The position numbers were made by a program, and so were the translations under genes. A stretch of DNA of 64,000 bases, taken from NCBI GenBank assembly GCA_965228195.1, contig OZ245797.1, positions 1,417,771 through 1,481,770 of the forward strand, read 5' to 3'. The stretch is from Candidatus Cloacimonadales bacterium. Its GTDB lineage: Bacteria; Cloacimonadota; Cloacimonadia; G963667145. Each line of letters starts with the position of its first letter. Position 1 is the stretch's first letter. Under the pieces are notes generated by a model. It worked only from the letters and a program-made list of their open reading frames with translations. It had not been told where the DNA came from and ran no database searches. Positions 37,844-46,730 of the stretch are shown piece after piece.

Positions 37844-37929
37844 AATAATCTCCTTATTTTAAGTTTATTTCTAATAATATTCACAAGTAGTAGTTTTGTG
37901 TCAAGGAAAAAGTTTAAGGTTGTTGCTTT

Positions 37930-39954
37930 TTACTTCAGCCAGATATTTTCTTGTTCTTCTGCCTGGGCGTAGAGCATCTGGTCGCCGCAAATAACGGTGG
38001 CTGCTTGCTTTTTTGCCAGTTGGAGTAAGGTGGTGTTTTGAGGTTGATAGACGATGTCCATCACGATTTGTCCAGATTTGAAATTGCTCAGTAAACTTTT
38101 CTCTTCGTTCATTCCCACCTTGGTGGCGTTGATGACGACGTCAAAATCTGCACTTATTTCTTGGGCACTCTTTAGAGTTATCGACGAAAAATTGCCAATG
38201 GCAAAAAGCGGTTTGCTCTTTTGCAGATTGCGGGCAGCGATTGTTACGACAGCTTTTTCGCGGATTAAGCCGAACAAGATAGCTTTGGCAGCTCCACCGT
38301 TACCCAGCAGCAGCACCTTTTTCCCCGCAAGAGAGGTGATTTTTTGCAAAGGGCTAATGGCTCCAATGTAGTCGGTGTTGTAGCCGCGAAGTTTTTCGCC
38401 TTCGTTGTGAATGGTGTTGATAGCTCCGATTTTCTGGGCGGTGGGGTCAACCTTGTCCAGTAGACCGAAGACGGTTTGTTTGTAGGGCATGGTGACAGCT
38501 AGGCCTTCCCATCTGTAGGCGACGAACTTTTTTAAGAAGGTTTGCAACTCTTCTTGGTTATCGATGGGGAAGTTGACGAAAACAGCGTCGATATTTTTGG
38601 CAGCGAACTGCTTGTTGTGGTAGGCTCGCGAGAAGCTTTTGCCGATGTTTTGACCGATAAGTCCATAAACTTTGGTGCTTGGGTTGACCCTTTGGATGTG
38701 GTAAACCTTGAGTAAACTCTCCAGAGCTATTTGTCCCGGAGCCACGGCTTTTTTGGCAGTTAAAAAAGAGTAGGTGAAAAAAGAGCCGTATTTGAGAGAT
38801 AAAATTCTGGAAAGCTCGCCCTTTTCGCCCATGCCAAAAGCGATGAGGTTGGGATATTTTTGCAAAAGGTCGAAAAGCAAGAAGTTGTCGTTGATATTTT
38901 TGACCATGGTGGCAACCTTCACACAGTAAGGCTTTAGTTTTTGCATCTTAATGACCGTTTTTTCTAAATCTGGAGGTGTTAGGGCGAAGTTGTGGTATGA
39001 GAGGATAATCTTGCTTTTTAGTCGCCCAAAATCGATGTTGTCGCAATTTTCAAACTCGATGTCGATAAACTGGAAGCCGAGTCGGTTGATTTGGTAGATA
39101 GCTTTTGCATACTCCTTTCCGCAGAGATTGCTTTTTCCCCCTTGGTTATTGGTGCGCAAAGTTGCCAAGACGCCTTTTTTTCTCCAGCCTTCTAACTCCC
39201 GGCTGGCAGGGATTTTGTCCAAAAAATCTAGACGAAACTCAGCTAAGTGGTTATTTTTCAAGACAAAATCAATCTTCTTTTGGCAAAGAGCCAAGCTGGT
39301 TTCGCTGACGCAGACACAAACTTTGGGCAAGTAAACGCTGGAAAAAGGCTTCTTGATATAAGAATTTAGCCTTTGGCAATGTTGGAGTAGTTCCTTAGCT
39401 TTTGTTTTCAACTGCTTAATAGAGCCGTCGTTTTCAATAGTGTAGCTACTTGATGTTAGCAAAGCGTTGCCAAGCTGAGTATCTATCCGTTTGAGGTAAG
39501 ATCTATCTTTGGCTTTTAGGCGGTCTTTGAGCAGATCTTGCTTACTTTTTACTCGGATAACTAAATCGAAACATTTGCTGATATCAAGGGCAAAAACGGG
39601 TGGAACCTCGACGAAGATTAGCTTATTTTTGCTTTGCTCGATTTGTTTTTCTAACTCTTCCAATATTTGGGGATGGGTGATGGCACCAAGCTTGTCTAAC
39701 TTGTTTGGATCGGCGAAAACCAGCTTAGCGAGCTTTTTTTTATCGATTTTGCCATCGGCGGTAACTATTTGCTGCCCGAACTCTTGGACAAGGCTTTGTT
39801 GGACGGCATCTAAAATTTGGTGTCCGATTTGGTCGGCAGAGACGATATGGGAGCCAAGGCTTTGCAAAGCATCACAAAAGGTAGATTTTCCGCTACCGAT
39901 GGTGCCGGTGATGGCGATAAGAGTTCTCTTTTTTGTTTTGTTTATCACAAGCAA
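37930..39954 (-). CDS. Trifunctional fusion: dephospho-CoA kinase / type I 3-dehydroquinate dehydratase / shikimate dehydrogenase
   Basis: 674 aa. IAITGTIGSGKST (CoaE P-loop); EFRLDFL, SYHNF and VKVATM (AroD type I, Schiff-base Lys context); VTMPYKQ, NTDYIGA and LLLGNGGAAKA (AroE). Confidence 0.85.
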   Translation of the reverse strand: MLVINKTKKRTLIAITGTIGSGKSTFCDALQSLGSHIVSADQIGHQILDAVQQSLVQEFGQQIVTADGKIDKKKLAKLVFADPNKLDKLGAITHPQILEELEKQIEQSKNKLIFVEVPPVFALDISKCFDLVIRVKSKQDLLKDRLKAKDRSYLKRIDTQLGNALLTSSSYTIENDGSIKQLKTKAKELLQHCQRLNSYIKKPFSSVYLPKVCVCVSETSLALCQKKIDFVLKNNHLAEFRLDFLDKIPASRELEGWRKKGVLATLRTNNQGGKSNLCGKEYAKAIYQINRLGFQFIDIEFENCDNIDFGRLKSKIILSYHNFALTPPDLEKTVIKMQKLKPYCVKVATMVKNINDNFLLFDLLQKYPNLIAFGMGEKGELSRILSLKYGSFFTYSFLTAKKAVAPGQIALESLLKVYHIQRVNPSTKVYGLIGQNIGKSFSRAYHNKQFAAKNIDAVFVNFPIDNQEELQTFLKKFVAYRWEGLAVTMPYKQTVFGLLDKVDPTAQKIGAINTIHNEGEKLRGYNTDYIGAISPLQKITSLAGKKVLLLGNGGAAKAILFGLIREKAVVTIAARNLQKSKPLFAIGNFSSITLKSAQEISADFDVVINATKVGMNEEKSLLSNFKSGQIVMDIVYQPQNTTLLQLAKKQAATVICGDQMLYAQAEEQENIWLK

Positions 39955-40301
39955 GATTTGATCTGAGCGATGATCTTGTCGAAACTTAAGTAGCTTTTTT
40001 GTAGCTCTAGCTTTTTTAAGAGTTGCCCGATTTTTTGTAGATTTCCGATGATGATCACATCGCTTTTCTCGATTTTGCCCACAACCGTCAGTTTGTGGGT
40101 GGCAACATCGATGCCGATAGAAAGAGCCTCTTGTTTGAGGATGTTCACACTGCCCACAGGAAGCTGGGTCAATCTGATATTTAGCGGCATCATCTTTCTT
40201 GCCAAAATCTCAACGCCTTGCGGACTACAGCCAAGTTCTGTTAGGATAGCTTTAGCATCACCGAGATCTTTGGGGGAAATTTTACTTGATTTGATAGACA
40301 A
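39945..40301 (-). CDS. Hypothetical protein
   Basis: 118-aa ORF with a TTG start, co-directional with and overlapping both neighbours. No family recognised with confidence. Confidence 0.4.
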   Translation of the reverse strand: MSIKSSKISPKDLGDAKAILTELGCSPQGVEILARKMMPLNIRLTQLPVGSVNILKQEALSIGIDVATHKLTVVGKIEKSDVIIIGNLQKIGQLLKKLELQKSYLSFDKIIAQIKSCL

Positions 40302-40980
40302 AGGTAATAAATCCTATTTGATTTTCTTTGGATAAGATGGGGTTGAATTTCCATTGGAGCAAAGATTGTCGGCTGATTTTTTCCAAAACTGGGTTGGCTC
40401 TTTTGACGATGACGATGTTAGAAACTTTTCCTTGCGGAGACAAAACAAAGCGCAGTTTTACTTTGGCGTTTTGTTTGAGACCTTCGGGGTATTTGGGCAA
40501 AACTTTGGCAACGATCTTGCGGTTGGTCACCTCGCCTTCCAGCTGGTAGTTTTGACTACTCTCTTGCTTTTTGAGCTCTTTGGCAAACTGCCTGAAAAAC
40601 TCTTGGTCGCTAATTTTCTCTTCGCTTTGGCTCAGCACCGGGTTTGCTGGTTTCGGGTTTAGGTTGCTGATGGTGTTGCCGATCTCTTCTTTTGCCACCA
40701 CCTTGTTTTTGGCTAAGATCTTTTGAGGTGAGCTGCTTATCTTCTTGTCTAAAGATTTGCTGATACTTTTGGGTAGGTCGATTTTTTTGGGAACATAGTT
40801 GTTGGCAAGACCCTTTTTGATGCTTTTTTTGCCACTAACACCGCCTGAGAAGATGCCCACGATCTGGAAGTTGCGGGGAATGTTGTGCAAAGGCGTGTCG
40901 TAGGTAAAAAACAAAAATAAGGCGATGATGAAAAGGTGAATTGCCCAAGAGATAAGGTAGCTTAATCTTTTGTCGTTCAT
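40282..40980 (-). CDS. tonB: TonB-family energy transducer
   Basis: N-terminal TM helix, Lys/Pro-rich linker and C-terminal TonB domain (KVLPKYPEGLKQNAKVKLRFVLSPQGKV). ATG at 40980 was chosen to avoid overlapping exbD. Confidence 0.75.
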   Translation of the reverse strand: MNDKRLSYLISWAIHLFIIALFLFFTYDTPLHNIPRNFQIVGIFSGGVSGKKSIKKGLANNYVPKKIDLPKSISKSLDKKISSSPQKILAKNKVVAKEEIGNTISNLNPKPANPVLSQSEEKISDQEFFRQFAKELKKQESSQNYQLEGEVTNRKIVAKVLPKYPEGLKQNAKVKLRFVLSPQGKVSNIVIVKRANPVLEKISRQSLLQWKFNPILSKENQIGFITFVYQIK

Positions 40981-40996
40981 ACTTTTTGAAGAGGGC

Positions 40997-41401
40997 TTAA
41001 TTTGTCCCGATGTTGCGGGTAGCCAGACAAAACTTGGTGGCACCCGAGAGTTTGGCTACATCCATGACTTGGACGATCCTTTGAAACTGGAGGTTTTTAT
41101 CGGCTTGAACCACGATAATTTTTTGCGATTGCAGTTTATCCAGCTTCTCGCGCAGCAGTCCTGGCAAGTCGTCCAAATCTATTTGGAACTGGTCTAGATA
41201 AACTTCGCCTTTTTGGTTGATACTGATGAAGATGTTGTCGGTGTAGTCGCTTTGGTTGCCAGAGGCGTCAGGAAGATTGACCTTGATGCCCGAGTAGGTG
41301 ATGAAACTGGAGGAGACCAAGATGAAAATCAAAAGAAGCATAATGATGTCCGTAAAAGAGATCAGAGCCACCGAGGTAATCCTTTTTTTCTTGAGAGCCA
41401 T
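40997..41401 (-). CDS. exbD: ExbD/TolR-family biopolymer transport protein
   Basis: 134 aa with LISFTDIIMLLLIFIL and a periplasmic domain. Confidence 0.85.
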   Translation of the reverse strand: MALKKKRITSVALISFTDIIMLLLIFILVSSSFITYSGIKVNLPDASGNQSDYTDNIFISINQKGEVYLDQFQIDLDDLPGLLREKLDKLQSQKIIVVQADKNLQFQRIVQVMDVAKLSGATKFCLATRNIGTN

Positions 41402-41407
41402 AAAGCG

Positions 41408-42016
41408 TTAAAACTCCCCGACTATCTGGTTAGCTTTTTCTTGCAGATCGACCGCTTCGTAGTCGATTTTGTCGATGAGTTGGTTGTAAAAACTCAGAGC
41501 TAAGATGCCGACAACAAGCCCTGCCACGGTGGTGATAAGAGCTTCCCAAATTCCCCCTGCCAAAAGGGAGATATCGACGCCACCTGCGGTTTGTTGGATT
41601 TTCATAAACACCTTGATCATTCCCAAAACGGTCCCCATAAATCCGAAAAGTGGTCCGACGGCAGCGATGGTGGAGAGTGTGCCCAGTCCTTTTTCCATCA
41701 GGTGCAACTCTTTTTGGGTGCCGGCAGAGATGGTTTGTTCCCAGTTGTGCAGATCGCCATCTTTGGCTTTCAAGATGTTGGCAAACACCCGCGCAACAGG
41801 GATGGTGTCCACCGCCTGACAAAGTTGCTTGGCTCTTTGGGCATCTTTTTCTTGAGCAGCTTTTTCAAATTCGATCAAAAAATCTTTCTTTTCTCGCTTC
41901 ATCTTCTTCAGGGTCAAAAATTTTTCGATGATGATAGCCATTGCCACGACCGACAAAGCCGCTAAAACTATCATTATATATCCGCCTTTGACGGCGATTG
42001 CAAAATAACTCATCAA
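41408..42016 (-). CDS. exbB: ExbB/MotA/TolQ-family proton channel
   Basis: 202 aa with three TM helices and GPLFGFMGTVLGMI. Confidence 0.85.
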   Translation of the reverse strand: MMSYFAIAVKGGYIMIVLAALSVVAMAIIIEKFLTLKKMKREKKDFLIEFEKAAQEKDAQRAKQLCQAVDTIPVARVFANILKAKDGDLHNWEQTISAGTQKELHLMEKGLGTLSTIAAVGPLFGFMGTVLGMIKVFMKIQQTAGGVDISLLAGGIWEALITTVAGLVVGILALSFYNQLIDKIDYEAVDLQEKANQIVGEF

Positions 42017-42047
42017 CTCTCCTTACAACTTTTTAAATTTTTTTCGT

Positions 42048-43511
42048 TTATTTATCAAAAATGGCAGTGATCTTCTCATCGGGGAGTTTGCCCAGCAAAG
42101 AGACAGACACAATCACCAAACTGGCGATAATAAAGCCAGGTAAAAGTTCATAAATATCGAAGATGCCGCCGTGAAGCCAATTTTTCCAAACGATGATGGT
42201 CAAACCACCGCAGATCATCCCAGAGATAGCCGCAGAGCCGGTCATCCTTTTCCAAAAAAGGCTGAACAAAATAATCGGTCCAAAAGCGGCGCCGAAGCCA
42301 GCCCAAGCGTAAGAGACTAAATCTAGCACGCTGGAGTTTTGGTCGGAAGCCAAGTAACCAGCCAAGATAGCCACGCCTACCACCGTGATCCTGCTGATAT
42401 AAACCAGCTCTTTCTCGCTTATTTTTCTTTTGATGAAAAACTTGTAAAAATCTTCGGTAAAAGATGAGGCGACCACGATCAGTTGTGAGTCGGCAGTGCT
42501 CATCACCGCAGCCAAGATCGCCGCTAGCATAATTCCTGCGATAAGCGGGTGAAAGAAAACCTCGATCAGAAGCATAAAAACTTTCTCGGAGTCGAATCCT
42601 GCCGGAGAGCCAGCGATGTTGGTGTGAGCGTAGCCGATAAGACCGACCAAGATGGCAGCAAAAAGGCAGATCACCGTCCAACTCACCGCAATGAATCGCG
42701 CCGGGCGAATCGCCTCTTCGGATTTTAACCCCATAAAGCGAGTCAGGATGTGCGGTTGACCGAAGTAGCCCAGCCCCCAAGCCATAGAGGAGAGGATTGT
42801 CAATAGTCCCACCTTTTTGCCAGTGTCGAAGATGCTCAGTAGTGGCAAGTGGCTTTGGATTAAGGTTGGGTTGTTTTTGATAAGGGAAAAACCGAAGATG
42901 CAAACAAAGCAGATGGCAAAAAACATCAAAAGCCCTTGAAAAAAATCTGTCCAAGAGACGGCTAAAAATCCGCCCAAGAAGGTGTAACTGATGATGACCA
43001 CTACCGAGATGAGCAGAGAGTAAAAGTAGGAGATATCGAAAACGGTGGTGAAAAGTTTGGCACCTGCCACGAAGCCAGAGGCGGTGTAGAAGATGAAGAA
43101 GATGATGATAAAAGCGCCAGATAAGAAGCGGAGCACCTTGGTTTTGTCTTGAAATCTGACCTCTAAGTATTCGGAGATGGTCAAGGAGTTGTCGGCAGAC
43201 TCGGTGAAGCGTCGTAACTTTTTGGCAACGAAAAGCCAGTTGCACCAAGTGCCTAAAGCAAGTCCAAGAGCCATCCAAAAAGCGCCGCCAAGACCTTTGC
43301 TGTAAACCGCTCCGGGTAGTCCCATCAGTAGCCAGCCACTCATATCTGAGGCACAAGCGGACAAAGCTCCGACCCAAGGACCTAAAGATCTGCCGCCCAA
43401 AACATAGTCCGACAAGCTGTCTGTTTTGCGGTAAAAGTGTAATCCGATAAATAACATCGCCACAAAATAAAGGCTGAAAGTGAAATAGATGCTTCCGTTG
43501 TCTGTAAACAT
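42048..43511 (-). CDS. putP: Sodium:solute symporter (PutP-like proline permease)
   Basis: 487 aa, ~13 TM helices, N-terminal DYVLGGRSLGPWV, and SSF-family layout. Confidence 0.8.
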   Translation of the reverse strand: MFTDNGSIYFTFSLYFVAMLFIGLHFYRKTDSLSDYVLGGRSLGPWVGALSACASDMSGWLLMGLPGAVYSKGLGGAFWMALGLALGTWCNWLFVAKKLRRFTESADNSLTISEYLEVRFQDKTKVLRFLSGAFIIIFFIFYTASGFVAGAKLFTTVFDISYFYSLLISVVVIISYTFLGGFLAVSWTDFFQGLLMFFAICFVCIFGFSLIKNNPTLIQSHLPLLSIFDTGKKVGLLTILSSMAWGLGYFGQPHILTRFMGLKSEEAIRPARFIAVSWTVICLFAAILVGLIGYAHTNIAGSPAGFDSEKVFMLLIEVFFHPLIAGIMLAAILAAVMSTADSQLIVVASSFTEDFYKFFIKRKISEKELVYISRITVVGVAILAGYLASDQNSSVLDLVSYAWAGFGAAFGPIILFSLFWKRMTGSAAISGMICGGLTIIVWKNWLHGGIFDIYELLPGFIIASLVIVSVSLLGKLPDEKITAIFDK

Positions 43512-43794
43512 AAAATCTCCTTGATTGAAAATTGATTTGTTTTATGGTCATCTTTCTTAAAACCTTATTATTGTCAAATTTTAAAAAAAGAGCTTTCGAT
43601 CGCCAGAAGGTAAGAAAATTTTGTTTTGGTTAGGTTTTCAGGGGAAAAAGTGAGTTAAATGTGTTGACATCAACTACCGATTAACAAATCTCTATTTTCG
43701 GATATTTGTTTGATTTTCAGAAGGCGATTTATTAGGCAAAAGAATTTTTTATAGAGATGATTAAATTTAAGATAAGTAGAAGGGGATATTTGGG

Positions 43795-44508
43795 ATGAAC
43801 CTATCGCAAAAATTGATTAAGATGCAAGCTATCGACGATAAGATTACCGCTTTTTTGCAAGAGTCTGGTCATTTGCCACAGCAGTTGAAGCAATTGCAAG
43901 ATGCGGTGGCACAAGATGAGCAAAACTTGCAAGCGGCGGTGGACGAGCAGAAGGCGTGCAAAGAGGCTCAGGGCAAGCTGAACTTGGATGTGGAGTCGAA
44001 CAAAGGGTTGATAGATAAGTATCAGCAGCAGCTAAACAGCGTCACCAATAACAAAGAGTATAAAGCTTTGAACAGCGAGATCGCCTTGCTTAAAGGCAAA
44101 AATAGCGATATCGACGAAAAAGTTTTGAAGTTGATGGAAAAAGAGAAGCTGTTGGGCGAGCAAAAAAAAGAGGCTGAAGAAAAAACTCAGCAAAGCAAAA
44201 GCGCTCTGGAAGCTGGACAAACGGAGATCAAAGCTAAGATCGATGTTGTCAAAAAGCAGATCGAGGAGCAGAAGGCACAAAGAAATGCGATAGCCAAGGA
44301 GCTGCCCATTGGCGTGGTTAAACAGTATGTCCTTTTGATAAAGAAAAAAGATCGCAAAGCGGTGGCTTTTGCTCACAAAGAGGCTTGCAGTGAGTGTGGG
44401 TTTCGCCTGCGACCACAACTTCTTTTGGAGTTGGAGTCGGGGACACAGACGAAAGTTTGTGAGAATTGTGGTAGGTTTTTGGTCGGTAGCCCAAAGACAG
44501 ACGAGTAG
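43795..44508 (+). CDS. Coiled-coil C4 zinc-ribbon protein (COG1579/DUF164-like)
   Basis: 237 aa with a long coiled coil and a C-terminal CSECG...CENCGR. Confidence 0.7.
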   Translation: MNLSQKLIKMQAIDDKITAFLQESGHLPQQLKQLQDAVAQDEQNLQAAVDEQKACKEAQGKLNLDVESNKGLIDKYQQQLNSVTNNKEYKALNSEIALLKGKNSDIDEKVLKLMEKEKLLGEQKKEAEEKTQQSKSALEAGQTEIKAKIDVVKKQIEEQKAQRNAIAKELPIGVVKQYVLLIKKKDRKAVAFAHKEACSECGFRLRPQLLLELESGTQTKVCENCGRFLVGSPKTDE

Positions 44509-44515
44509 TTTTTTT

Positions 44516-44946
44516 CAAGGAGAAGATAAGATCTCTGCCGAAACTGGCAAATTTTGCCAGTTTGGAAGGAAAGTCCGAACACCAAAGAGCAGGTTACTTC
44601 TTAAGACGAAGCCTTGGCGACAAGGAACTAGCCCCACAGAAAGATACCGCCTGACACCTATTTTTATCTCCACAACTGACTGCAAATAAATAAGGAAATA
44701 AAAATAGGTGTCAGGTAAGGGTGAAATGGTGGAGTAAGAGCCCACCAGCGGAAGGCGTGAGCCTTTCGGCTCGGGATGCTTTAATCGGTGCAATGCCAAA
44801 TAGGAGACTGCTAGAGGTTGCTCGCCTTGTTTAAGGTCTCGGGTAGGCAGCTAAAGGCTGAGAGTGATCTTTAGTCTTAGATAAATAGAGATGGTTTGAC
44901 CCACGATTAGGTCAAAGACAAAATTCGGCTTAATATCTTTTCCTTG
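44516..44946 (+). ncRNA. rnpB: RNase P RNA, bacterial type A
   Basis: GGAAGGAAAGTCCGAACACC (P4), ACAGAAAGATACCGCC, CAGGTAAGGGTGAAATGGTGGAGTAAGAGCCCACC and AGACAAAATTCGGCTTA. The 5' CAAGGAGAAGAT pairs with the 3' ATCTTTTCCTTG (P1). Confidence 0.9.
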
Positions 44947-45014
44947 AAATGTTTAGACGCTTTTTTATTTAGGGTAATATTGGAATTATTAAAAAGATAA
45001 ATTATGGTGAGAAA

Positions 45015-46730
45015 ATGAAGCGTTCTTGGATATTGTCGCCTTGCATATCGAATAAAAGCTTGAGCGAAGAGTTGGAGAAAGAGTTTGACTGTGGGAAGCA
45101 ATTTTCTCAGATCTTGTTAAACTCTAGGGTAGACTCCCTTTCCAAGGCGAGAGCTTTTTTGTCTCCTTCGGTCAAAGATTTGTTAGACCCTTTTCTTTTT
45201 GTGCAGATGGAAAAAGCTGTGCAGATGGTGCTGGCTTCGATAAAAGCGAAGCAAAAAATCTTGATTTACGGAGATTTCGATGTGGACGGCGTGACTTCGG
45301 TTACCGTTCTTTACAAGGGTCTTTTAGATTTGGGAGCGAATGTAAGCTTCTTTATTCCTGATCGTTTGCAAGACGGATATGGACTCAGTGACGGTTGTAT
45401 CCAAAAAATTTTGCAAAAGCCGCCCTCTTTGCTGATCACGGTGGACTGTGGTATCTCGGCAATAAAGCAAGTGAAAACGCTGGTGGAGGCTGGGGTTCAG
45501 GTGATTGTCACCGATCATCACTTGCCCAAAGGGGAGTTGCCGCCCGCCGGAGCCATCTTGAATCCAAAGCTGGAAGATAGTGGTTACCCTTGCAACTGTT
45601 TAGCCGGTGTGGGAGTGGCTTTTAAACTTCTGAGTGGAGTGTGTCAAACCTTGCAAGTTGACTTAGTCAAACACCTTTACCCTTACTTGATTTTCGTCTG
45701 CTTAGGCACCATCGCCGATATTGTGCCTTTGGTGGAAGAGAATAGGACTATGGCTAGAGTCGGTTTGCTCTCCATAAAAAATCGTTTCAACAAAGGACTC
45801 ACCGCCCTTATCGAGGCTTGCGGACTAAATCCAGACACCTTGAACTCGGGTAATATCGTCTTCAATGTTGCCCCGCGCATCAATGTGGCAGGTAGGATGG
45901 GCAATGTGTTGCAAGCCGTGCGGCTTTTTCTCAGCGAAGACAAGCAAGAGATTGCCCAGATCGTGAAGGAGCTGGAGGAGTTGAACTCCATCAGAAGAAG
46001 TCAGCAGGACGAGATATACGAGCAGGCTTGTCGGCAGATAGCGGAAAAATACCCAGATGAGCAGACGCTGCGGACTCTGGTGGTCAGCGACCCCAGCTGG
46101 CATGTGGGCATCATCGGCATCGTCGCCTCCAAGTTGGTGGAGAACTACCATCGACCTGTTGTCGTGCTGGGTGAAGAGAATGGCGTTTTAAGGGGATCGG
46201 CTCGTAGCGTTGCGGGGTTCAATATTGCCCAAGCGATCCAGACGGGGAATGAGTTTTTGCTCGGCTTTGGTGGACACAAATATGCGGCAGGACTGAGTAT
46301 GATCAAAGAGTTTTTGCCCGAGTTTGAAAAAAGGTTGCAAACCTACACCGTAGCTCATTTGGACAAGGAGATGGTCAAGCCAGTTTTTGCAATCGATGCC
46401 CAGATCAAAATAAGGCAGATCGACAACCGCTTTGTCCGGCTACTGGCTAAGCTCTCGCCTTTTGGTCCTGGCAATCACAAGCCTGTTTTTTGCTCCAAGG
46501 GGCTAAAGATAGTCGCCAGCCCTAGAATCGTGGGACAAAATCACCTGCAGCTGAGGCTGACCGATGGGGAGAAGGAGCTGAGCTTGATCGGTTTTGGTTT
46601 GGGCGATTATCAAAAAAAATTAAACTACAGCTCCAAGGTGGATATCGTTTACGCCTTGGATTTTAACTATTGGCAAGACAAGGTGTCTATACAAGGATAT
46701 TTGAAAGATTTAGATGTTTATGAAGATTGA
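45015..46730 (+). CDS. recJ: Single-stranded-DNA-specific exonuclease RecJ
   Basis: GDFDVDGVTS, VDCGI and TDHH (DHH motifs), plus a DHHA1 region. Confidence 0.9.
   Translation: MKRSWILSPCISNKSLSEELEKEFDCGKQFSQILLNSRVDSLSKARAFLSPSVKDLLDPFLFVQMEKAVQMVLASIKAKQKILIYGDFDVDGVTSVTVLYKGLLDLGANVSFFIPDRLQDGYGLSDGCIQKILQKPPSLLITVDCGISAIKQVKTLVEAGVQVIVTDHHLPKGELPPAGAILNPKLEDSGYPCNCLAGVGVAFKLLSGVCQTLQVDLVKHLYPYLIFVCLGTIADIVPLVEENRTMARVGLLSIKNRFNKGLTALIEACGLNPDTLNSGNIVFNVAPRINVAGRMGNVLQAVRLFLSEDKQEIAQIVKELEELNSIRRSQQDEIYEQACRQIAEKYPDEQTLRTLVVSDPSWHVGIIGIVASKLVENYHRPVVVLGEENGVLRGSARSVAGFNIAQAIQTGNEFLLGFGGHKYAAGLSMIKEFLPEFEKRLQTYTVAHLDKEMVKPVFAIDAQIKIRQIDNRFVRLLAKLSPFGPGNHKPVFCSKGLKIVASPRIVGQNHLQLRLTDGEKELSLIGFGLGDYQKKLNYSSKVDIVYALDFNYWQDKVSIQGYLKDLDVYED

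Noticed and set aside
40981-41043. Upstream ATG for tonB giving a 253-aa product
   Set aside because: The extension overlaps the exbD 3' end by 47 nt. The internal ATG at 40980 gives the usual short cytoplasmic N-terminus followed by a TM helix.
42148-43551. 467-aa minus-strand ORF in an alternative frame of putP
   Set aside because: Its Arg/Leu/His-rich composition is typical of an off-frame reading of a membrane-protein gene. The 487-aa frame gives a coherent SSF transporter.
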